Shown here: in pieces, positions 56,995 to 64,000 of the stretch | Layout: every line of letters begins with the position of its first letter | How positions within the stretch are numbered: position 1 is the stretch's first letter | Assembly: GCA_050015075.1 (NCBI GenBank) | Contig: JBEKCB010000009.1 | Location: 64,001-128,000 of the forward strand | Source: Candidatus Brocadiia bacterium | GTDB lineage: Bacteria > Planctomycetota > Brocadiia > CAIUPP01 | DNA length: 64,000 bases | Direction of reading: 5' to 3' | The notes under the pieces: model-generated | What the model was told of the DNA's origin: nothing | Seen by the model: only the letters and a program-made list of their open reading frames with translations | Database searches by the model: none | Position numbers and translations under genes: made by a program

Positions 56995-58236
56995 TCATTT
57001 GGCCGGCGGCGGCGCGGGCGGCGTTTCGACCAAGTCTATCTTGACCTTGTCCAGCATTCCCCGCTGTGAGTAGAGCTCGAACAACTCGCGCTTGGCCTGC
57101 TCGTGCATCGGCGACTTGGGCTTCGCGGCCAGCTCCTTGTAGAACGCAATCGCCTCGTCGTCGCGCTTAAGGCTGCGATAGGCGTTGGCCAAGTGCAGCT
57201 TGATCGTGTCGTGTTCGCCTTCGGACTGCGCCAGGCTGTCGGCTTTCGCGTAGGCGGGCAGGGATTTCGGCGCTTGTCCGTAGTTGCAGCAGGTGTCGCC
57301 GAAGCGCATCCAGGACATCGCGTTCTGGGGCTCGACCTTGGCGGCCTTCTCGGCCCACTCGAAGCCCTTATCCTTTTGATCGGAGGAGAAATACGCGTTG
57401 GAAATCCGCTCGTAGCAGGTTGCCCGCTGCGCCGGCTGGGACCCGCCCAGTTTCTCATACAGCGCGATAGCCTGCTCCGTGTTCTTCAGTCTCACCTCGA
57501 TATCCGCCAGTTGCAGTATCACTTGGGCATCGTCGCCCTTGATGGCCAGCAACTTCACGGCCACCGCGCGCGCGGCCGGCAGGTCCTGCTTCCAGTCTCG
57601 ATAAATCCATACCAGCGCCTGCAGGGACAGGCTGTCCTGCGGGTCGCTCGCCGCGAGGTCCTCGAAAATCCGGATAAGCTCGTCGGTTTTCTGGAGCCGC
57701 CGATAGAGGTCAATCAACCGGTCCCGAGCCCATTCGCGCTGACCGGGTTGCTGCGCGGTCTTCATCAGGGCCTGATACTGCGCGGACGCCTCGTCGGTCT
57801 TGCCGGTGTTTTCCAGGGCCTGGGCGAGCGATTGCCCGAGGCGCCACTGGGTCGGGGCGTCCTGGGCCAACGCCAGTCCCTGGCTGTACTTATCGGCGGC
57901 ATCGGTGAGCTTTTTCTGGCTTTCCAGCAAACCGCCCCAACTGGTGAAAACCTGCACTTTGATCTGCGGCCCCTTGGCCGTCTCGATGGCCTTGGCATAG
58001 CACTTCTCCGCCTCGTCGGTCATCCCGTAGCGCTGGTGAAGCTGGGCCTGGTCATACCAGTACTGTCCCGGTTCAACGCCCGAAGGCTGCTGCGCGTCGG
58101 GACGAGGCGCCGGCGTGGACGGGGCCGGCGTTTGAGCGGCCAGGTACGAGGCCGTCGCTCCGAGCAGGCAGACGGCGAGAATCAGCGCCCTGCGGCGGGC
58201 CGGAATGAGTCTGCGTGCGGACTTCGCGGTTTTCAT
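56995..58236 (-). CDS. Exported tetratricopeptide-repeat protein
   Basis: Signal peptide and repeated A..Y..A helical pairs. Confidence 0.8.
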   Translation of the reverse strand: MKTAKSARRLIPARRRALILAVCLLGATASYLAAQTPAPSTPAPRPDAQQPSGVEPGQYWYDQAQLHQRYGMTDEAEKCYAKAIETAKGPQIKVQVFTSWGGLLESQKKLTDAADKYSQGLALAQDAPTQWRLGQSLAQALENTGKTDEASAQYQALMKTAQQPGQREWARDRLIDLYRRLQKTDELIRIFEDLAASDPQDSLSLQALVWIYRDWKQDLPAARAVAVKLLAIKGDDAQVILQLADIEVRLKNTEQAIALYEKLGGSQPAQRATCYERISNAYFSSDQKDKGFEWAEKAAKVEPQNAMSWMRFGDTCCNYGQAPKSLPAYAKADSLAQSEGEHDTIKLHLANAYRSLKRDDEAIAFYKELAAKPKSPMHEQAKRELFELYSQRGMLDKVKIDLVETPPAPPPAK

Positions 58237-58681
58237 GTTCGCTTAACGCTTCCAAAAAGATGCCGATAGAATTAATTGTATCGAATCAGACACGCACAGC
58301 GCAACTATTATTTGGTGATCCAGGATTCTCTGGACAAATGGGTCGAAATCGGATAAAATCGTGGCGATTCAGCAATGACGATCACCACCGGGATCCGACC
58401 CAGGGGCATCTTTAGAGTTGACTTGCGTCGTGTATCAGTGGCAGCGGCGTCTCTTGCGCCATGCGACTGAGTCTCAAGGCGGTATTTGCCGTAAAGAGAT
58501 GTACGTTGATGAACTTGCGGCGACGTACCGTACAGCGTAGTCTGCGCGATCGCGGTCCAGGGCAACCGCGCGCCTGCGGTTCTTTCCGTATTCAAGCCAC
58601 GCAACCGGCGAAATCGAGAACAACCATTTCTTGTCATGACAGGCCGCGCCGCCGCCGCGCCCTCGCCCGGTGGAATAGAAC

Positions 58682-61600
58682 ATGATGACTCGATCTGACC
58701 GCACACGGAGCGCAGGGTTCGCAGCCGCCATCATCATCGCATTGGCGCTGTCGCCTCTCGCGGCGTTCGCGAAGCCGATCGTCCAGAACGACGCGGCGAC
58801 GGCAGCCCAGGGCTGGCTCAAGCAGCCCGGACACGGACTGAAAACGCCCCTCGGCAATGCGGTCAGGAACACCCAGGTTTATACCGACGCCGCCGGCGCC
58901 CCGATCTATTTCGTGGTCAACCTCAACCCTTCAGGCTTTGTGATTGTCCCGGCGGACGACCTCGTCGAACCGGTCCTTTGCTTCAGCCCGGCCGGCAAGT
59001 ACGTCGCTTCCGAAAAGAACCCGCTCGGCGCGCTGGTGATGCGTGACGTCCCCGTCCGGCTCGCGCTGGCGCGGGCAAAGCCGGTCGCCGGGCGTCAACA
59101 AGCGGCGCAGCGCAAATGGGCGCAGTTCCGGGCCGCAGGGACAGTGGGCGCTGCGCTGCCGGGGCTCACGAGCGTGTCGGACCTTCGAGTGGCTCCGCTC
59201 ACTCAAAGCCAGTGGGACCAGGGCGACGCCGCAGGCGTCACCTGTTACAACTATTACACGCCGGACAATGACGTGGATGGCTGCGTCGCGACGGCCATGG
59301 CGCAGTTGATGTTCTTTTATCAATACCCCACCGCAGGCGTAGGGACGGCGGGCTTTACGATCTGGGTCAACGGAAATCCGCAGATGGCCAACCTGCTCGG
59401 CGGCAATGGAAGCGGCGGACCCTACGATTGGGCCGATATGCCGCTGGTGCCTTCGAACGGCGTGACCACTACGCAACGCCAGGCCATCGGCGCGCTCTGT
59501 TACGACGCGGGCGTATCCGTCAATATGGCATACACCTCGGATAGCTCCGGCGCAGACCCGACCGAGATCGTGCCCGCCCTGAACAGCGTGTTTCTCTACA
59601 ACAACGCGATCTGCGGAGGCGATGGGGATAATATCGGAAGCGGGTTGGTCGGAATGCTCAACCCGAACCTCGACGCGGGATTACCGTGCCTGCTGTCCAT
59701 TTACGCCTCCGACGGCACCGGCCACGAGATCATCGCCGATGGATACGGATATGATTCCTCCACCCTTTATCACCACCTGAACCTGGGCTGGGGCGGCTAC
59801 GACACTGCCTGGTACAACCTCCCCGACTTCGACGCCGGCGGTTACGACTGGCAGACCGTCGCCTTCTGCATCTACAACGTCTATCCCACCAGCAGCGGCG
59901 AGATCATCAGCGGGCGGGTCACCGACAGCACTGGAGCGGCCATCGGCGGAGTGACCGTCACCGCCACATGCGCGGGGGTCGGAGTCTATACGGCCACCAC
60001 GAATGCCAACGGCATTTATGCCTTCGCCAATGTGCCCTCCTCGTCCTCCTACACCCTGACCGCGGCCCAGACCGGGTACACCTTCTCGCCGCAAAGCGTC
60101 TCCACCGGCACATCCTCGGACTATGCCACTGCTTCCGGCGACGTTTGGGGGGCGAATTTCACGCCGACCGCAGTCGCCGGCACATGGACGCTGACCGTCA
60201 ACTCGTCGCCGGCCCAGGGAGCTGCGGTCACCGGCACGAATCCCGGCACGACGGATTACTCCATTTCAAGCATCACGAATGGAAACGCCGTCAGCCTGAC
60301 CGCACCGGCGAGCTTCGTCGCGGGCGGAACGACCTACAATTTCGTCCAGTGGGCCGCGCCGACAGGCTGGACCGCTTCGGGCGCGACGGTTTCCGGCAAC
60401 ATGACTTCCGACGCCACGCTGACAGCCGATTACGCAGCGCAGGTATGGACGCTGACGGTAAACTCCGCGCCGGTCCAGGGAGTTGGGATCAGCGGCACGA
60501 ATCCAGGCACAGCGGATTACTCCGTGGCGGGCATCGTGGATGGAACCGCCGTCAGCCTGACCGCACCGGCGAGCTTCGTCGCGGGCGGAACGACTTACAA
60601 TTTCGTCCAGTGGGCCGCGCCGACAGGCTGGACCGCTTCGGGCGCCACGGTATCCGGCCACATCCACTCCAACGCCACGCTGGCGGCCGATTACGCGGCG
60701 CAGGTGTGGACGCTGATGGTGAACTCCACGCCGGTCCAGGGAGCCGGGATCAGCGGCACGAATCCCGGCACGACGGATTACTACGTTCTGAGCATCGTGG
60801 ATGGAACCGCCGTAAGCCTGACCGCACCGGCGAGCTTCGTCGCGGGCGGAACGACCTACAATTTCGTCCAGTGGACCGCGCCGACGGGCTGGACCGCCTC
60901 AGGCGCCACGGTATCCGGCAACATCCACTCCAACACGGCGCTGGCGGCCGATTACGCGGCGCAGGTGTGGACGCTGACGGTGAACTCCGCACCGGTCCAG
61001 GGAGTTGGCATCACCGGGACGTATCCGGGAACGACGAACTATTCGGCCTCGGGTGTGACCGACGGCACGGCGGTGAGCCTCGCGGCGCCGGCGGGCGACC
61101 CGGCCGGATACACCTTCTCGCAGTGGGCTGTAAACGGCGTCGCACAGGCTTCCGGGCAGAAGTCCATCACGTTCACGATGTCCGCGGCCACGACAGCCGT
61201 CGCGCAGTACACGCTGAACGATTACGCGCTGACCGTCCAGTCCACGCCGCCGGCCGGACTGGGCATCGGGTCGAGCACAGGCGACGGCGGCACGACGGAC
61301 TACACGGTTCCCGTCGTCGCGTACGGCACGAGCGTGAATCTGCAAGCCCCCGCAACGGACCCGGCCGGATACACCTTCTCATCCTGGACGCTCAACGGCG
61401 CGGCGCAGACTTCAGGCCAGAAAGCGGCCACGTTCACGGTGACCGCGGCCGTGACCGCCGTCGCGCAGTACACGCTGAACACCTATACGCTGAGCGTGCA
61501 GTCCACGCCACCGACCGGCTTGAGCGTCGGGTCCAGCACGGGCAACGGCGGCACGACGAGCTACACCGATACGGTCGCGTACGGGACAAATGTGAGCCTG

Positions 61601-63814
61601 CAAGCCCCGGCAACGGACCCGGCCGGGTACACTTTCTCGTATTGGACGCTCAACGGCGCGGCGCAGACTTCCGGGCAGAAGGCAGTCACGTTCACGGTGA
61701 CCGCGGCCACGACAGCAGTAGCGCAGTACACGCTGAACACCTATACGCTGAGCGTGCAGTCCTCGCCGCCGACCGGCCTGAGCGTCGGTTCCAGCACGGG
61801 CAACGGCGGAACGACGAGCTACACCGATACCGTCGCGTACGGGACGAGCGTGAACCTGCAGGCTCCGGCAACGGACCCGGCCGGATACACCTTCTCGCAT
61901 TGGACGCTCAACGGCGCGGCGCAGACCTCAGGTCAGAAGGCGGTCACGTTCACGATGACCGCCGCCATGACGGCCGTCGCGCAGTACACGCTGAACACCT
62001 ACACGCTGAGCGTGCAGTCGTCGCCGGCCACCGGATTCCTTGTCACTTCGAGCACCGCTGACGGCGGCACGACGAACTACACGATTCCCGCCGTCGCGTA
62101 CGGCGCCAGCGTGAACCTTCAGGCGCCGGCGACGAACCCGGCCGGATACACCTTCTCGCATTGGACACTCAATGGCGCGGCGCAGACTTCGGGGCAGAAG
62201 TCCGTCACGTTCACGCTGTCCGCCGCCATGACGGCCGTGGCGCAGTATACGGTGAACGGTTACGTACTGACCGTCCAGTCCACGCCGCCGTCCGGGGTGA
62301 GCATCGCTTCGAGCACGGGCAACAGCGGGAAGACGAGCTACACCGATGTCGCCGCGCACGGCGCGACCGTGAACTTGCAGGCCCCGGCGACCAACCCGGC
62401 CGGGTACACTTTCACGCAGTGGACGCTGAACGGCACGGCACAGACTTCCGGGCAGAAGTCCATCACATTCACGATGTCCGCCGCCATAACGGCCGTGGCG
62501 CGGTACGCGCTGAGCGACTACGCATTGACCGTCCAGTCCACGCCGGCAAGCGCGGTCAGCATCGGTTCGAGCACGGGCAACAACGGGACGACAAACTACA
62601 CCGATTCCGTGGCGTCCGGGACCAGCGTGAACCTGCAAGCGCCGGCGACGGACCCGCCGGGGTATACCTTCTGGTACTGGACGGTCAATGGCACGGCGCA
62701 GACCTCGGGTCAGAAGGCGATCACGTTCACGGTGACCGCGGCCACGACAGCAGTGGCGCGGTACACACTGAACACCTACACGCTCAGCGGGCAGTCCACG
62801 CCGCCGACCGGGTTGAGCATCGGTTCGAGCACGGGCCATGGCGGCACGACGAACTACACGAAGACCGGCGTCGGGTACCGTACGAGCGTGGTCCTTCAGG
62901 CCCCGGCGACGGACCCGGCCGGGTATGTTTTCTCGCGCTGGACGCTCAACGGCACGGCCCAGACTTCCGGCCAGAAGTCGCTCACGTTCACGCTGACCGC
63001 CGGCACGACGGCCCTGGCGACGTACACGCCGATCTATACTCTGAGCGTGCAGTCCACGCCGCCGACCGGGCTGAGCATCGTTTCGACTACGGGTCATGGC
63101 GGCACGACGAATTACACGAAGACCGGCGTCGCAGGCGGAACGACCGTGAACCTTCAGGCCCCGGCGACGAACCCGGTTGGGTACGTTTTCGCGCACTGGA
63201 CGCTCAACGGCGCGGCGCAGACTTCCGGTCAGAAGTCGCTCACGTTCGCGGTGAGCGCCGGCACGACGGCCGTGGCGACGTACACACCGACCTACACGCT
63301 GAGTGTGCAGTCCACGCCGGCGACCGCGGTGAGCATCGGTTCGAGCACGGGCAACAACGGGCTGACGAACTATGCCCAACCCGTGGCGTCTGGGACGAGC
63401 GTGAACCTGCAGGCGCCGGCGACGGACCCGGCCGGCTACACCTTCTTGTACTGGACGGTCAACGGCACGGCGCAGACCTCGGGTCAGAAGGCGATCGCGT
63501 TCACGGTGACCGCGGCCACGACAGCGGTGGCGCGGTACACGCTGAACACCTACACGCTGAGCGTGCAGTCCACGCCGCCGACCGGGTTGAGCATCGGTTC
63601 GAGCACGGGCCATGGCGGCACGACGAACTATACGAAGACCGGCGTCGGGTACGGGACGAAGGTGTCCCTTGGGGCTCCGGCGACGGACCCGGCCGGGTAT
63701 ACCTTCTCGTACTGGACGGTCAACGGCACGGCGCAGACTTCCGGTCAGAAGGCGATCACCTTCACGTTGACCGGCGCCACGACCGCCGTGGCCCAGTACA
63801 CCGTCGGCGGCTGA
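58682..63814 (+). CDS. Secreted C10 family (streptopain/SpeB-like) cysteine protease with prodomain, a beta-sandwich domain and 14 tandem ~86-aa repeats
   Basis: Signal peptide; prodomain GFVIV.ADD..PV; W.Q, GCVATAMAQ (Cys), GH.IIADGY (His), HLNLGWGG; ISGRVTD..G..I.G domain. Confidence 0.9.
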   Translation: MMTRSDRTRSAGFAAAIIIALALSPLAAFAKPIVQNDAATAAQGWLKQPGHGLKTPLGNAVRNTQVYTDAAGAPIYFVVNLNPSGFVIVPADDLVEPVLCFSPAGKYVASEKNPLGALVMRDVPVRLALARAKPVAGRQQAAQRKWAQFRAAGTVGAALPGLTSVSDLRVAPLTQSQWDQGDAAGVTCYNYYTPDNDVDGCVATAMAQLMFFYQYPTAGVGTAGFTIWVNGNPQMANLLGGNGSGGPYDWADMPLVPSNGVTTTQRQAIGALCYDAGVSVNMAYTSDSSGADPTEIVPALNSVFLYNNAICGGDGDNIGSGLVGMLNPNLDAGLPCLLSIYASDGTGHEIIADGYGYDSSTLYHHLNLGWGGYDTAWYNLPDFDAGGYDWQTVAFCIYNVYPTSSGEIISGRVTDSTGAAIGGVTVTATCAGVGVYTATTNANGIYAFANVPSSSSYTLTAAQTGYTFSPQSVSTGTSSDYATASGDVWGANFTPTAVAGTWTLTVNSSPAQGAAVTGTNPGTTDYSISSITNGNAVSLTAPASFVAGGTTYNFVQWAAPTGWTASGATVSGNMTSDATLTADYAAQVWTLTVNSAPVQGVGISGTNPGTADYSVAGIVDGTAVSLTAPASFVAGGTTYNFVQWAAPTGWTASGATVSGHIHSNATLAADYAAQVWTLMVNSTPVQGAGISGTNPGTTDYYVLSIVDGTAVSLTAPASFVAGGTTYNFVQWTAPTGWTASGATVSGNIHSNTALAADYAAQVWTLTVNSAPVQGVGITGTYPGTTNYSASGVTDGTAVSLAAPAGDPAGYTFSQWAVNGVAQASGQKSITFTMSAATTAVAQYTLNDYALTVQSTPPAGLGIGSSTGDGGTTDYTVPVVAYGTSVNLQAPATDPAGYTFSSWTLNGAAQTSGQKAATFTVTAAVTAVAQYTLNTYTLSVQSTPPTGLSVGSSTGNGGTTSYTDTVAYGTNVSLQAPATDPAGYTFSYWTLNGAAQTSGQKAVTFTVTAATTAVAQYTLNTYTLSVQSSPPTGLSVGSSTGNGGTTSYTDTVAYGTSVNLQAPATDPAGYTFSHWTLNGAAQTSGQKAVTFTMTAAMTAVAQYTLNTYTLSVQSSPATGFLVTSSTADGGTTNYTIPAVAYGASVNLQAPATNPAGYTFSHWTLNGAAQTSGQKSVTFTLSAAMTAVAQYTVNGYVLTVQSTPPSGVSIASSTGNSGKTSYTDVAAHGATVNLQAPATNPAGYTFTQWTLNGTAQTSGQKSITFTMSAAITAVARYALSDYALTVQSTPASAVSIGSSTGNNGTTNYTDSVASGTSVNLQAPATDPPGYTFWYWTVNGTAQTSGQKAITFTVTAATTAVARYTLNTYTLSGQSTPPTGLSIGSSTGHGGTTNYTKTGVGYRTSVVLQAPATDPAGYVFSRWTLNGTAQTSGQKSLTFTLTAGTTALATYTPIYTLSVQSTPPTGLSIVSTTGHGGTTNYTKTGVAGGTTVNLQAPATNPVGYVFAHWTLNGAAQTSGQKSLTFAVSAGTTAVATYTPTYTLSVQSTPATAVSIGSSTGNNGLTNYAQPVASGTSVNLQAPATDPAGYTFLYWTVNGTAQTSGQKAIAFTVTAATTAVARYTLNTYTLSVQSTPPTGLSIGSSTGHGGTTNYTKTGVGYGTKVSLGAPATDPAGYTFSYWTVNGTAQTSGQKAITFTLTGATTAVAQYTVGG
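60185..63811 (+). repeat. Intragenic tandem array of 14 units of ~258-261 nt (InlB B-repeat/Flg_new-like beta domains)
   Basis: Units start (W/Y)TL(T/S)V(N/Q)S.P and contain V.L.AP...Y.F..W. Confidence 0.9.
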
Positions 63815-63889
63815 TCCGTTCTCCGTCCAGTCCGCCGCGCCAGCCGCCCTGGAACACTGTTCCAGGCCGCCGGCCCGCCGAGAAATTGC

Positions 63890-63918
63890 TTGACGGGGCC
63901 AACCTCAGTCATCACAAT
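63890..63918 (+). promoter_or_regulatory. Possible sigma70 promoter for a gene beyond the window
   Basis: TTGACG, 17-nt spacer, CACAAT. Confidence 0.35.
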
Positions 63919-64000
63919 ATGCCATTCAATGCCTGACCGCTGTCAGGACCAAACCCCGGTTACAAGGCGCTCTGAGATTGGCAGTCCTGCTTTCCATACT

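Noticed and set aside
58240-58680. Possible structured RNA (e.g. c-di-GMP riboswitch) between the TPR and protease genes
   Set aside because: Only small hairpins were seen and no complete consensus.
60185-63811. Repeat array as CRISPR or mobile element
   Set aside because: The units are in-frame coding repeats of ~260 nt with no repeat-spacer structure. No cas genes are present.

Overview
High-GC bacterial chromosome segment, mostly housekeeping genes. The gene content suggests an anaerobic or microaerobic member of the PVC group, probably Planctomycetota (inference). From left to right: the 3' end of a sialate O-acetylesterase-like gene; Fe-SOD with a Tat-like N-terminal extension; FmdB zinc ribbon; M23 peptidase; tRNA-Gly(CCC); the archaeal-type shikimate entry pair (ADH synthase and DHQ synthase II); a nucleotidyltransferase; TauE/DUF1634; etfB-etfA-acyl-CoA dehydrogenase; two PilT ATPases; and a dcw cluster (mraZ rsmH ftsL ftsI murE murF mraY ftsW murG murC murB ddl ftsQ) that lacks murD and ftsA/ftsZ. 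Next come a toxin-antitoxin-like pair, clpB, a CobD-like PLP protein without its catalytic Lys, rpsU, speD-speE, a dense polyphosphate cluster (CHAD, phosphoesterase-HD fusion, ppx, ppk2, ppk1), and a six-gene minus-strand operon (MBOAT, SGNH protein, TolB-like lipoprotein, two paralogous unknown proteins, SUMF1-domain lipoprotein). That operon is the best candidate for an undescribed system. The window ends with GNAT and TPR genes and a 1710-aa C10 cysteine protease carrying 14 tandem repeats. Several short dispersed and heptameric intergenic repeats are present. I saw no CRISPR array, rRNA, integrase or transposase. All family calls come from motif recognition by eye; no database search was run.
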